Below, piece after piece: positions 34,552-45,684 of a stretch of DNA of 64,000 bases (position 1 is its first letter; every line of letters begins with the position of its first letter). The notes beneath the pieces are model-generated. The model was not told the DNA's origin. It worked only from the letters and a program-made list of their open reading frames with translations, and searched no databases. Source of the DNA: Pelagomonas calceolata. Its lineage: Eukaryota. The translations under genes were made by a program, and so were the position numbers. The stretch lies in contig CAKKNE010000001.1 of assembly GCA_918797485.1 (NCBI GenBank), forward strand, positions 1,426,001 through 1,490,000, read 5' to 3'.

Positions 34552-34974
34552 GTGCCCGAGAATGATCGCGACGGCACGTGGTTGTACGCGGTGGGCATGG
34601 TGCACAAGCGGCTCGCGGAGAGCCACCGCGACGAGCATGCGAAGGCGACGGTTCGACACATCTGTGCCGCGATGGCGAAGGGTCACACCCGGGCAGCCTA
34701 CGATGTTGGAGTTCTCTCCGAGGAGGGCTTTGGTGCCTCGGTCAACCTAACCAACGCGTATCTACTTTACATGCTCGGATGCAGGTCGAGGGACGAGCGA
34801 GCGATTGCTCGCGTGCGAGAACTCCGCGCGAACATGACTGCACCCTTCTTCGTGGCACTCGGGACGGCACACGACAGAGGAATCCTTTCAGAGGCGAGAG
34901 TGAGGGGCAACGAGACGCTCGAGGACCTCCGGGAATTTTACCTGATGTTTGAGCCCCCGGGGAACCATCCTTGA
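34552..34974 (+). CDS. Sel1-like repeat protein or fragment
   Basis: AMAKGHTRAAYDVGVLSEEGFGASVNLTNAYLLY is SLR-like; the start is uncertain. Confidence 0.4.
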   Translation: MPENDRDGTWLYAVGMVHKRLAESHRDEHAKATVRHICAAMAKGHTRAAYDVGVLSEEGFGASVNLTNAYLLYMLGCRSRDERAIARVRELRANMTAPFFVALGTAHDRGILSEARVRGNETLEDLREFYLMFEPPGNHP

Positions 34975-34989
34975 TTAGAGTCATAAGAA

Positions 34990-36645
34990 CTACGGATGCC
35001 ACATCTTAATCGTCCGGTCCTTCGACCCCGAGGCCACCGCCGCGCCGCACGGCGACGCGTCGACGCAGAAGACCTCGTCCAAATGCCCCGGGAGCGTGCC
35101 GAGGGCCGCGGCGAACTTGCGCGTCTTCGTCGTGACGTTCTTCGCTTCGGACCCGGGCACGCCGTCGTCCGCCGCGCTCCAGACTTTTAAAGTGGAGTCT
35201 TTGGACGCCGAAACAACTAGACGAGAGTCGGGCGCCCAGGCCAAAGCGTAGACGGCGCCGACGTGGCCCGCCAACGTCGCGAGGAAGGCCCCGGTCCGCC
35301 CGTGCCACAACTTGATCTTCTTGTCGAAGGAGGCCGACGCGAACTTCCGCGCGTCCGGACTGAAAAGAATGGAGTTGACGGGCTGCTGGTGGCCCGTCAG
35401 GCGCGCCTTGGGCTTCGTCTTTGCGGCCCCGGCCTTCAGCGAGGTCCAGAAGAGTAATGTAGCGTCGTCCGAGCCGCTCACTAACCTCTCGCACGTCGCA
35501 TGACCGCCGTTCGCATTCACGAAGGCATCGTAGCGTTGTTTGGATGTAGAAACGACGTCGTTGAACGTTGTACCTTTAAAGGGCTTCTGGGCTTCGAAGG
35601 GCCCCGTGCGACACACAAAAGCCGAGGCCAATGCTAGCGCGTTCACGCGGTGGCCGTGGCCCTGGAGAGTATTGGCCAGTTTCCCGTCGCGCCACTTGCC
35701 ATCGGCGGACCGCCAGACTTTTACTGTTCGATCTCTAGAACCGGAGTACAAGGCGCCGTCACCCGACCAGGCCAGACATTCCACGCCGTCGCTGTGGCCG
35801 CTTAGCGACGTGACCATCTGGGCCGTCCGCACCTGTGCGCAAATCAATCAGTGAGTCGGGTGCGGCACGCCATCGAGCCGACGTCGCGTCGATGGCGTGG
35901 AGGCGCGTCGCGACAATTTGATTTATGCACTGGTGCGCGCGTTCCAGATTTTGCAAGTGCAGTCCTTGGACGCCGAGGCCAGCAACTCGCAGGTGGACTG
36001 GGATGCGTCCGCCAGGTGGCAGGGGAGCCACGCGAGTGCCGTGATCCACTTTGAGTGCCTCTTGAGAACGCGGCACTCGCCGTCTGAACGCCACACTCTT
36101 ACCTCGCCGGCTCGATCTCCGGACGCGACCATCCTTGCATCGGGCGACCAGCTCAGACACAGAACGTGGTGCTTGTGTCCACTGTAGGTCTTCTGGGGTA
36201 TGTTAGCTAAAGCATCCCACAACCGTACTGTGGCATCACCGCCGCCAGACGCCACTTTTTTACCGTCCGGCGAGAACTGGACGTGGAGTACGGCATCGCT
36301 ATGCCCTGGCAGCGTCTCGGCGCATCGAGACACGCGTCTCACTCTGAAGACAGCCAAAGGCTCATAAGTCAACGTGAGCGTCTGCTCCGTGCTAAACGAA
36401 TACTGCTCCTGGAACTCTTGTAACGTTCCAGGAACACTGACCTCGCCGGCATAGAAGGCGTAGGGTGTGCTATTCGTGTCGCTCTTCAGTTTTGAGACGA
36501 TGCTCCCGAGCTCGGCCGGGCCGGACGCGAGGGGCACTTCCAACGCGGGGCCGAGCTCGGCGCCTTCTACCGATTTCAGTTGGACGCGCACGGACTCGTC
36601 GAGCTTCGGGCGCTTTGACGTTTGTGCTTCGTCGAGCGATGCCAT
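34990..36645 (-). CDS. NLE1: Notchless homolog / Rsa4 (NLE domain + WD40), 2 exons
   Basis: YEPLAVFRVR, ERLVSGSDD, LTGHQQPVN, ASASFDK, LPGHLDEVF. GC-AG intron 35833-35940. Confidence 0.93.
35833..35932. mobile_element. Introner (GC-AG intron 35833-35940)
   Basis: TIR ctgtgcgcaaatcaa / ttgatttatgcactg (12/15). TSD gtccgcac / gtgcgcgc (6/8). Confidence 0.9.
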
Positions 36646-36993
36646 TGCAGGCTGCAGCTCTCCTCTGTGTTTTTTGCTACGACAGCGTTTTGACCAGCGT
36701 ATTTCAGTAGCTGCCGCCTCGACAGGATGTCTGAGGTGTTTGCGACAAGGCTCAATATCAGCTTAGAGCACGGTACGTCGCGGCTGCAGCTACTCGAGGG
36801 TTGTTGTGATTGCTAGTGTGCTATTACGCTATCGCGGTTTCGAGTTACATCGCATCACAGCCTCAAAGCTCCCTCCCTGAGCTTGCAACGGCCTTCTTGT
36901 TGCAACCCGACTGCGCACAGATCCCACAGGGCCAGCACAGCGAATCTCATCGCAGTTGCACGGCTGAAACGCAGCGTTTTGGAAGCTGACATC

Positions 36994-37596
36994 ATGAGAC
37001 CCACTACAGTCCTCGCGCTGCTCCACGCCACGCATGCGATGCAGCTCGCGACGCAACGCCGCAGCGTCCTCAAGGGCTGCGGCGTCGCTATTGCGGCCCC
37101 GCTTGTCGCGAACGCCGACGACGAGCCCGTCGCCGCTGTTGCCGACGCGCCCGCTGTCGAGGCGCCGCCGCCGCCCCCGCCCGCCAAGACTTCGGCCATC
37201 GACGACGCTAGAGATAGAGCAAAACGCTACGCCGAGTTCTCCAAGACGCTGCGGAGGACCTACGACAAGAACCAACTAAACGCGGCCTACGCCGAGATGG
37301 TTTCGTTTGAGAAGGAATTAGCTAGGATCGCGCCGACGAAGGAGGCCGCCGAGGGCGCGAAGGAGCTGAAGCAAGTTCTGAGGGACTTGTACGACGCGGC
37401 GAAGAGGGACGACCGGAGAGTGGTGCAGAAGAAGGTCGGCGAGGTTTCTGATGCGGTATCGTATTTGGCCGACGCCTTGCAGTCCGCAAAAAATGGAGGC
37501 GTTTTCTTGGACGAGCAGCCGATAGGCAAGCTCCGGAGCGACTGGCAGCCGGGGCCGGGCTACGAGGCCGTCAAATCGCTAACATATGCTCCTTAG
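36994..37596 (+). CDS. Plastid thylakoid-lumen protein, possibly PsbQ-like helical bundle
   Basis: Signal peptide, TAT-like QRRSVL...ANA, then amphipathic helices. Confidence 0.6.
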   Translation: MRPTTVLALLHATHAMQLATQRRSVLKGCGVAIAAPLVANADDEPVAAVADAPAVEAPPPPPPAKTSAIDDARDRAKRYAEFSKTLRRTYDKNQLNAAYAEMVSFEKELARIAPTKEAAEGAKELKQVLRDLYDAAKRDDRRVVQKKVGEVSDAVSYLADALQSAKNGGVFLDEQPIGKLRSDWQPGPGYEAVKSLTYAP

Positions 37597-38818
37597 CTAG
37601 CGCCTAGGGTCTCTCACGGGTTTCGTCGTCGGCCAGTCGGCTACCAATGACGTCGCCTGGAGACACACGTCGAGGGCCGTCGCCGCGGGCAGCGCGTGGT
37701 GGAGCAGGTAGTCCCGCCGTTGTTGAGGCATGTCCGGCTGGGCAGCTAAAGATTCGCGGTAGGAGTACCAGCCGAGCCTGCGAGCGGCGCGCGTCGACGG
37801 CGTCTCGGAGAACGGCGCACCACCACCACGCCATCGACGCGACCACGCCACGTTCAAGTCGACGGAAAGGACGCCGCGAGACTCGCGTGAACGACGTCGC
37901 GAGGCGCGCCGCGATGAGATGCGGCAGCGCCCGACACTCGTCCTTGGATAAGGTCGACCTCTGCAGGAACCCCTCGACAAATTTCTGGGCGCCCTGCACG
38001 GCCACGTGGTCCCCCTTATCAGTGAAGCCGCTCCTTTTATTTTCAGAAGTACAGAGGTTAACCATCACGTAAGCCGCTCCAATCGCGACGTCGTTGACCC
38101 TCCAACTATAAACACAGTCGCCCACGTCCAAGATGCCCCATTTATCTCCGTGTAATAGTATGTTCGCGTCGTTGAAATCCCCATGTAGCGTCGCCATCGG
38201 TAAACTATCAAAGTTCTGGGAAGCGTAGTTCTCGATGCACGTCTCGACGAGTTTGACTCTCTTAACATCGCAGTCCATGCTCCTCAATTTACTAGAGAAG
38301 GTCGCGACGGCCGGGAACCGCCTCAGATCCCACAGATGCAATCGGTGCAAGGCTTGGTGGTCGAACGTGTCCAGTGCTTTACGAATATCTCCCAGGAAGG
38401 AGCCCGCCCTCTCCAGTAGTGAAGGCGTCATCGTCGACGAAGATAACACGTCGCCGTCGACCCACCTTAGTAAACGTAGCGTCGTCCGTTTTAACGTTAC
38501 CCTAGATTGGGCCTCGACCGGTGCCCTTATGTTATGATCTTCCAGGTGTTTCAATAGTTGAGATTGGGCATCTAACAACTGCGTATTGCGACTTTCGACA
38601 CCGTTGTGCGCCTTGAGGACATACGTGCCGTACGGACTCGTGACTCGGAAATTCTGGTCGTCGTAGGAATCGAGCTCTTTCACGGCCGTGGCGGGCACGT
38701 TGAAGTGCTTCCTTAGTAATTGAGTGGCGTCGTCGATGGAGTAGCTCGGCTTCATTTTTTTGCGCTCTTGCTCCTCGGCGGTGCAGGCTTTGGCATCGGC
38801 CTCTGCGGTGCTGGCCAT
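37597..38818 (-). CDS. Hydroxylysine kinase / APH-like phosphotransferase, 2 exons
   Basis: ELDSYDDQNF, HLWDL, LHGDFNDANIL, GILDVGD. GC-AG intron 37778-37886 gives TSFT/LGWYSY. Confidence 0.85.
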
Positions 38819-38953
38819 TGCTGTTAGGCGTCGGCTGGCGTCTTGGGTTGTCGGCTGGCGTCTTGGGTTGTCGGAGCAGTCGCTCACAGTCGCTGGTGAT
38901 CCGTGAGCCACCGATGCGACAGCAATTGGCTCCGGCGTCGGCAAAACCGATGA

Positions 38954-38975
38954 GCTAGCGGCTGTAAGACACTAG
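38954..38975. promoter_or_regulatory. CTAG-N-CTAG motif
   Basis: gctagcggctgtaagacactag, ~135 bp upstream of the 38818 ATG. Confidence 0.55.
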
Positions 38976-38985
38976 AAATAGTTTT

Positions 38986-39036
38986 GAGGGGTACGGGGGA
39001 CCCTTGCGACGTAACTAGCCTGAGCCTGAGCCTGAG
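38986..39036. repeat. Second copy of the dispersed ~41-bp repeat, with (gcctga)x3 tail
   Basis: gaggggtacgggggacccttgcgacgtaactagcctgagcctgagcctgag. Confidence 0.8.
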
Positions 39037-39195
39037 TTTTGAGGGATTCGGAAAGAGTAGTAGGCTTAGTCAGTACCTATTAAGGAAAAGTAGGAAGTCC
39101 TCGTAGCAGGCCGCGCGGAACTCCTCGACGCTCCGCCACTCTTCGCCCCAAACTTCAATATAACACAAGTGCTATACGACCACAGGAGAGGGAGC

Positions 39196-40521
39196 CTACT
39201 GCCAGGTCTTCTCGCAGTGGTAGTGCGAGGGCCCGTCGAAGAGCGTCGCAAGGAACTCCTCGTACCCGGCCGCCTCGCCGCGCTCGCAGGCCTGGCTGAT
39301 CAACTCGAGCACCGCCGGGTCCTCCAAGTCGAGGCAATAATGCGGCCCCTTTAAGTGGCCCCTGAGAGCTTCGTAGTCGACGGACTGCAGCCGCACGTAC
39401 AGGAAGTTGCACCCGTACCACGTGGCACTACTTTTGCAAGCGCCAGCGGTCTCGCCGAAGAGGTGACTCGCGAGTTTGTACTGGATCTGGTTGCCCCAGC
39501 GCCAGCGGCGCCACGCCAGCATAACAGCATTAAACGGCAGCCAGAGCCCGACTGTGTGGGAATCAACTAGTGAGGCGTCAAGACTCGGGGACGATGAAAT
39601 ATTGATTCTACACCGAAGGTCGCAGTGTAAAATGAAGATCATCAAATACCACGACTGCGCCGGAATGTCCACGAAGCGCCGATAAGCCTTCGTGCATAGA
39701 TCCGACCGGCTAGCCTCGAACACCGTCCCCGACAAGCACGGCACCATCTTATCCCCTTTCCGTGACGCCCCGTACGTGCCGATGGCCAGGACGCACCCCT
39801 TGGTTTGACCCTGCAGGAGGTTGCCCGGGCAGGCCTTGGAGAACAGCTGTTGAACCGGCCGGCGCTTCTGGCGCGCTGTTCCCTCGAGGTGGTTCATAAG
39901 ATCCTCTCTGGATGTTTTGTTCGTCCTAGCACGGCGCACCATCGCGTTAAAGGCCGCGTACCCGCACAACGCGAACAGGCCCAGGGCCTGGACAATCAAA
40001 TTCCGCTTCAGCGAGTCGTCGCTAATGATGAGGTACGTGGTGCACGCCGTCAAAAGCCGCTCGAGGCGCATGGGGTAAGAGACCACTTGACCAGCCTTCG
40101 CCGTGACGGAGCCCATAATCTTGACGGCGAGGTCACACGCTCGCCTCGCATTAGCAGATCTAAAGCGGTCGGAGCACGCGCCGCGCACGATGTGGTGCAT
40201 GGCGTTCGCCGAGAGCACCGCGGCCGAGCGGGAACCGGCGCCTACTTCGCCCACGTTGTGATCGCTCGCGACATAGCGGTTCTTCGCGTACGAGAGCTCC
40301 GGGTCCGTGCAGAGCAGCGATAACAAAGTCTCGACGTCGGGCCAGAGCTCTTGGTACGTCGCGGGGTTGTGCTCGTATCTTTCGAGCTTCCACTCAATGT
40401 TCTGTTGTGTGACGGTGCCTATGTTGGGCCCCGGGAGGTCGCAGATGGCGAAGACGGGGGATGTCGACGCGGCGCTCGCAAGCGCGGCGGCCGAGGCGAG
40501 TGCTACCGCTGTGAGCAGCAT
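39196..40521 (-). CDS. Hypothetical secreted or membrane protein, probable 72-nt intron 39552-39623
   Basis: Signal peptide MLLTAVALASAAALASA, TM segments; the ORF reads through a mini-introner. Confidence 0.6.
   Translation of the reverse strand: MLLTAVALASAAALASAASTSPVFAICDLPGPNIGTVTQQNIEWKLERYEHNPATYQELWPDVETLLSLLCTDPELSYAKNRYVASDHNVGEVGAGSRSAAVLSANAMHHIVRGACSDRFRSANARRACDLAVKIMGSVTAKAGQVVSYPMRLERLLTACTTYLIISDDSLKRNLIVQALGLFALCGYAAFNAMVRRARTNKTSREDLMNHLEGTARQKRRPVQQLFSKACPGNLLQGQTKGCVLAIGTYGASRKGDKMVPCLSGTVFEASRSDLCTKAYRRFVDIPAQSWYLMIFILHCDLRCRINISSSPSLDASLVDSHTVGLWLPFNAVMLAWRRWRWGNQIQYKLASHLFGETAGACKSSATWYGCNFLYVRLQSVDYEALRGHLKGPHYCLDLEDPAVLELISQACERGEAAGYEEFLATLFDGPSHYHCEKTWQ
39552..39615. 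mobile_element. Mini-introner (64 bp)
   Basis: TIR ctgtgtgggaatcaa / ttgattctacaccg. TSD heavily decayed (gagcccga / aaggtcgc, 4/8). GC donor 8 nt outside the element. Confidence 0.8.
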
Positions 40522-40658
40522 TTTGGCCGGTTGATGCGGCTGATTTCGTGTGCGCGGTTGAGAACGCTGCGCCTTCGAGCGCTACGATGAGTTAGGCTGT
40601 GTATTTATGCGCTTGATAGCCAAAAACACTCCGCTGACCATGGGCGGCGGCGAGGCCG

Positions 40659-41138
40659 CTAGTGTCTTTACATGCACTAGCTCTCTGTGGAAAAGTGGAG
40701 AGGGAAGGGCGTCGAGATGATGCCAGGCCACTCCAAAGCGAAGCTGTAACGGTACGAATCAGCCGACTACGATTAGAACGCGACGAAGAGCCCGAAGCCA
40801 CGTGCCGCGGACAGAGACTACCGTCGTGCCGCGTCAGCGACGTCGCCGTGCTGGAGGGGTTGATAGAGCCACCGACGGCGTCCGCATCGTTAGAACCGAT
40901 CATGTCGACGGCGTCGACGGCGTCGAGGGGGTTGTTGACGTCGTCGCGCCAACAACCCCGTCGGGGTGACGACATCGGTAGTTTATGTCGCAACGCGAGC
41001 CCGAGCCGGAAAGGGGCCTTTTCATGTTCGGTGCTTAATCCTTCTATCGCCCAACATGCGCGTTTCGTTGCGACGACCGTCTACCGTACTTGTGGAATTG
41101 TCGTCCTCAATATTGGCTAGCGGTCAGTAAGACACTAG
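40659..41138. repeat. Inverted pair of CTAG-N-CTAG motifs enclosing ~480 bp
   Basis: ctagtgtctttacatgcactagc at 40659-40681 and gctagcggtcagtaagacactag at 41116-41138. Confidence 0.55.
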
Positions 41139-42212
41139 CAAGCGAGAGAGCGACCTGTAAAAGCTGAAACGCGTCCACTGTGCGGGTGCCAAGTCTGCAA
41201 TTAACACGGTCGTGATCCGACGACCGCCGCACTTTGCTGCCTCGAGCGCTAAAGGTGCCCCCGGCGGGCCAGAGCCGATTTGCGTGTGCTGGCCTCCAGC
41301 TGCTGTTTGTGGCCAGCGGAGCGGGAGACATATCGTCGCAGCGGGCGCCGCAGCACCGGGACAACGCCGACGGAACGAAGGACACGACTCAAGTAATAAC
41401 TCTTGGATCGTCTGCGCGCGAACGCGCGCCAGGTGCCGGTGGCCGCTCATGAGTGTGATTCTCTGCTATAGTACGAAACAGTTGACGAGGCGGCCGTTCA
41501 TCTCTGCGATGGATTCGAACTCTCCGGTGAACATGACGTCCTGCGAGGCCAATTTGGTCCTAGATCATCATCGATGCTACCAGTGAGCGAGCACACGACG
41601 CCCTCGACGAACTCGAGCGCTTCGCCTCGAGGCGGGGCTTTCGCGCCGCCGTCTCCGCCGTCATTTCCGAACAAATAAGGTGGCACGCGCGTCGGGTGCA
41701 CGTGGGAGTTGCACCGTACCAGGCTTTTGTCGAGGCAAAGCAGCTCTCCTCCACGCCATCGCCGCCGCGACGCCTCATCAATAACTCTCGATGTACGACC
41801 GTCGCGTGCAGCCTCGACGTGAATCGACTGGACGTGTCTCCTACGCGAGCCCTGTCGCGGTCGGAAGAAGTCCTGGGCGCGTCGCGCGCCGCGGCGAGTT
41901 CTAGGACGCCGCCGCGACGAGTGCAACGTTCCGCACGGCCCTTCTACGACGGCGTAGACGCAAAGGGCACGTTTTGCAGAGCCCACCAAATTGGCGGAGC
42001 CGCGGCGGTCCGAATTCCCAGTAGGGTTCCTAAATACGATGCCAGTGTGACTTCTTACCCACATAATTGAGTGCGTCTGTGTGGAAGCGGGCGGCGACGC
42101 GCGCTCGGGGGTTCTACTAGGCATACACATGTAGCTTGTTACGTAGAAGCGCCCCCCTCTTTTTGTGGGACGCGCCGCGGCCGACGACTGGCCGAGCAGC
42201 AGCCCGCTGGGC

Positions 42213-42869
42213 TCAATCGTCGTTCATGGCATCAGGATCGGAGGACGGCGGCGGCGGCGGCGGCGGCGGCCCGTCGGACGCCTGGGCCGTCTCCTTCCGC
42301 TTCTTCCCGCGCTTGTACGCGTCGTCCAGAGTCATCTGGCCCGGCGTGAGGTCCGCCTTCTTCCGGTCCGCCTTCTTCCGCTTTGGTGGTGGCGCTGGCT
42401 TCGCTTTCTTCGGCAGCGACGCCGGGCGCTTCTTGGACTCGAAGAGCGGCGCGAGGGGCTTCCTCGTCGGCGGGGCGGTCGGCTGCGCAGCGACTCGGGA
42501 CTGGGGCACGGGCGCCGCGCGCGGGACCGGGGGGCCGCGCGGCCCCGAAGGCGGGAGCGGCTCGGGCGCGTCGACGGGCGGCGCAGATGTCGCTCGCGGC
42601 GGCGCGTCGTTGGCAGGCGCCAACTCCATGGCGGCGCACCGGGGCGCCTGCAGCGGAAGCGCCGCCGGCGCGTGCGGCGCCGCCGGCAGCGCCAATACTA
42701 CCGTCGCCGGCGTCCAGCCTATCAAGACTCCGAGCTTCGCGAGGACCGTTGCGTCGTGCCGCCCACTCGCTAGCATTTTATCGAGGGAGCGCCGCGCGTT
42801 TGCGCGCTTCTCGAGCGCCACATCCAGCGTCACGGCGTGCCGCCCTCCCGCGGCGCGCGCCTGCAGCAT
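42213..42869 (-). CDS. Hypothetical Pro/Lys-rich low-complexity protein
   Basis: ATG-started 218-aa ORF with host-like codon use; no recognisable domain. Confidence 0.35.
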   Translation of the reverse strand: MLQARAAGGRHAVTLDVALEKRANARRSLDKMLASGRHDATVLAKLGVLIGWTPATVVLALPAAPHAPAALPLQAPRCAAMELAPANDAPPRATSAPPVDAPEPLPPSGPRGPPVPRAAPVPQSRVAAQPTAPPTRKPLAPLFESKKRPASLPKKAKPAPPPKRKKADRKKADLTPGQMTLDDAYKRGKKRKETAQASDGPPPPPPPPSSDPDAMNDD

Positions 42870-43965
42870 TGGCCTCCTCGCACAGCTCCAGCGGTCTGGC
42901 AGCTAGTGAGGCTCGGCGGGCACAGGGCCAGATGCAAGGGATACAGGGGGGCTATACCTGCCCAAAATTGTGCGTTTGGCGCAGTGCTGTCGCGGCCGCG
43001 CGCGATGTACTGACAAACAACGGCTTCGTCTGTCAACCCGCACGAAATTTCACACCGGTCTCCCGACGGTATTTATTTTTCTCTGTGCGGACCTCGCCTC
43101 CCTTCCACAGGTGCATACAAGGTCATATCGAAGTTACGAGGGACTAGGACTAGAGTGAGTGAGGAGAGGAGAGGCTTAGGCTTAGGGATTTCACGAGACT
43201 CACGCGAGGCTAGAAGAACCCAAACCCTCCACAGACGAACGGTGTGTGGCCGCAACTATAAACGCGTGCCTTGCGCAAGCATCTCTGTGCCAGCTCAAGT
43301 AGTTATCAGCTCAAAACTCTAGACGTGAACTGCAGGCGCCACGCGACCGCACGACGCCAAGGATGGACGCTACCCTCGACGGCGCGATCGCCAACCAGGG
43401 CCTTTCCGAAGCCACGGTCGAACGCATCACCAAACTCGCCCACGACGCCACGCAGAATGGCGTCAGCGGCGCAGAAATCACATGTTACGTATCTGATATG
43501 ATTGCGAAACTGGAGCTGGACGCGAACGCCGAGGTGAGCTCGCCGCCGTGGATGACGCCACCAGGTGGCGACGCCGAAGCGACCGAGCCGCCGAATCACT
43601 CGACGAGGCCTCGACGACGACTCTTCGACCGCACACTCTGGATGGCCGACGCGAGCACACTCAACGATCAGCCACGAGTGACCTGGAGAGGGTCGGGGGT
43701 TGCGTGCGGCATATATGGAACTGATGAGGAAATCGCGGGGAACCGCGCGCCGCCGCTCGTCCCGAAGATGAGGAGTTCAGCTCAGTTATCTAGCGTGTCG
43801 ATACACACACTAGCCCCAGCTCCGCATAGTCCTAGCACCGTAAAAATACATCACCAGCTCCGCACGCGACACCTCCGGACCCATCCGCGGCACTACGCCG
43901 TCGACGCGAGGACGACGCGAGGCGACCGAGAGACAAAAAAGTCTAGCTTCCTTCTTAGCCCCGGC

Positions 43966-45684
43966 CTACTCCTCGCGGCAGACGCGCTTGCGGATCACCG
44001 GATCGGGGATGCGCGCAAGCACTCTCCTTTCTTGAACCGTCATCAGTCTGCTACCGATCATCTTCGCCCGAGAGACCTTCACTTTCAGGAGCCCGTTCGC
44101 GTCCGCACATTTGACCTTCTGCACGATCGCGTCGCAGCGCACCCGCACATGATAAATGCGCGAACCGACCTCGGCGATAGCATAACCATCTAAGGCCTCC
44201 GCCAAATCCAGAGCTTCTTCAGATCCGAACCGCGGCGACCGCCGCCCCTTCTTCTTCTTTCCAGGGTTACAGTCGTCGTCCGAATCGTTGACCCGCTCGA
44301 GAAACGCCGTCCGCAGCCGCTTTCTAGCTTCGCGCGCATCTGGCTTTTGGTCACTCGAACCTCTGAAGGTTTGCAACGAATCGGCCAACGCTAGAGCCAG
44401 GCCTCGGTCGTCACATCCGGCACTACCAGCATAACCGACAGCTAACAGAAGACACTCGCGAAACGCCGCCGCAGCACCCGGAGCGTGGGCATTGGCCAAG
44501 TACGCGATGTGAGCGAGCTCCAAAGCCCGCGCGCGACAGACCTCCTCATCTAATTCAATGGACACCTTCCCTCGTTTCTTGCCTCCTCTACTTAGTTGTT
44601 TGGCCATCATGTAGCTCGGTTCGTCGACGGTCCGCGTGCACCAATGCCGGTAGGCCAAGCGCGGCGCGTCGGCCCGGTCCCGGAACCTCGCTACCGCTCC
44701 AACCCTCTTCAGCCCGAGCTTCTCGTAGAAGCCAATCGCTCGCCGTTCGGCCTGTAGGACCACGCACTCCATGCCGTCGCGCTTCGCTTGATCCAGAGCG
44801 GCGCGTACCAACCGACCACCACACCCGAGAGCGCCACATAACGAGACCTCCACCAGCTTGGGCCAGACGACGATGACGCCGCCGAACATGTCCTTGCGCG
44901 GCGCGTCCCGCGTCTCGCGCGGCGACTTCGTGAGCGTGTCCGCCAGGTCGCCGTCGTCGTCCTTTTGGCGGTCCACTTCGTCCTCGTTGGACGCCTCCGC
45001 GACTAAATCTGTGGCCTTCACCAGATCTAAAGGTGTCCGGATGTCGTTGCCCCGGTGGAAGACGCGCTGCACGCTCCCATCACTACCATACGATCCGAAC
45101 AAGGCCGCGGGATCCCGCGAATCGAACACGAGACTTTTCGCCAAGCCACAGAACTCGTGGAACAGGACAAAGCCTTGTAGTCTTTTCGCACCCTTCTTTT
45201 CGCGCACGATGAAGCCCTTCAGAGGATCTGGTGCCAATGCAACTCGTTCATAGCAATAATCGGCACTGAGAGGCTCGTCGAAGCACACGGCCTCCGGGTT
45301 GGTCTTCAGGTGTTGGCGCCGCGCGGCCTCGTTGCAGATGGCCATCATTTCTGGTAGTAATTTGAGCCAGGCATCCCTCCCTTCGACCGCGACCATCACG
45401 GAGCCTTGGTGGAACTTGGCGTCGCTCCGGCCGCAGGACGGCACATCTTCAAACCCGTCCTGCTCCGCGATCAATCGTCTGTATTCTCTTCTTGTTGCGC
45501 GGGCGGCGTCGCTTTCTTTCGCGACGGCCGTCGGTCTTTCATCATCATTGTACGTTTTTACGTCGTCATGCGACGGGGAGACGCGGCCCTCGGTCGGGAT
45601 CCTGGAAGGGGAGTCCTCCTCGGTGGACTGGCCCTCGTCTTCCGACGGTGTCCTCGAGCGCTTTGTGGACGCACGTGGGCCCAT
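43966..45684 (-). CDS. GNAT-domain acetyltransferase-like protein
   Basis: GCGGRLVRAALDQAKRDGMECVVLQAERRAIGFYEKLGL is GNAT motif A/B. Confidence 0.75.
   Translation of the reverse strand: MGPRASTKRSRTPSEDEGQSTEEDSPSRIPTEGRVSPSHDDVKTYNDDERPTAVAKESDAARATRREYRRLIAEQDGFEDVPSCGRSDAKFHQGSVMVAVEGRDAWLKLLPEMMAICNEAARRQHLKTNPEAVCFDEPLSADYCYERVALAPDPLKGFIVREKKGAKRLQGFVLFHEFCGLAKSLVFDSRDPAALFGSYGSDGSVQRVFHRGNDIRTPLDLVKATDLVAEASNEDEVDRQKDDDGDLADTLTKSPRETRDAPRKDMFGGVIVVWPKLVEVSLCGALGCGGRLVRAALDQAKRDGMECVVLQAERRAIGFYEKLGLKRVGAVARFRDRADAPRLAYRHWCTRTVDEPSYMMAKQLSRGGKKRGKVSIELDEEVCRARALELAHIAYLANAHAPGAAAAFRECLLLAVGYAGSAGCDDRGLALALADSLQTFRGSSDQKPDAREARKRLRTAFLERVNDSDDDCNPGKKKKGRRSPRFGSEEALDLAEALDGYAIAEVGSRIYHVRVRCDAIVQKVKCADANGLLKVKVSRAKMIGSRLMTVQERRVLARIPDPVIRKRVCREE

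Noticed and set aside
41212..42130. Possible gene in the 41.2-42.1 kb interval
   Set aside because: Short coding-like stretches but no consistent exon chain or recognisable product.
43171..43187. Telomere-like TTAGG repeats
   Set aside because: Only two units; insufficient for an interstitial telomere.
43363..44193. Plus-strand ORF after a TATA-like ctataaa
   Set aside because: Only the first ~57 codons look coding; the rest overlaps the GNAT gene antisense and no product can be assigned.
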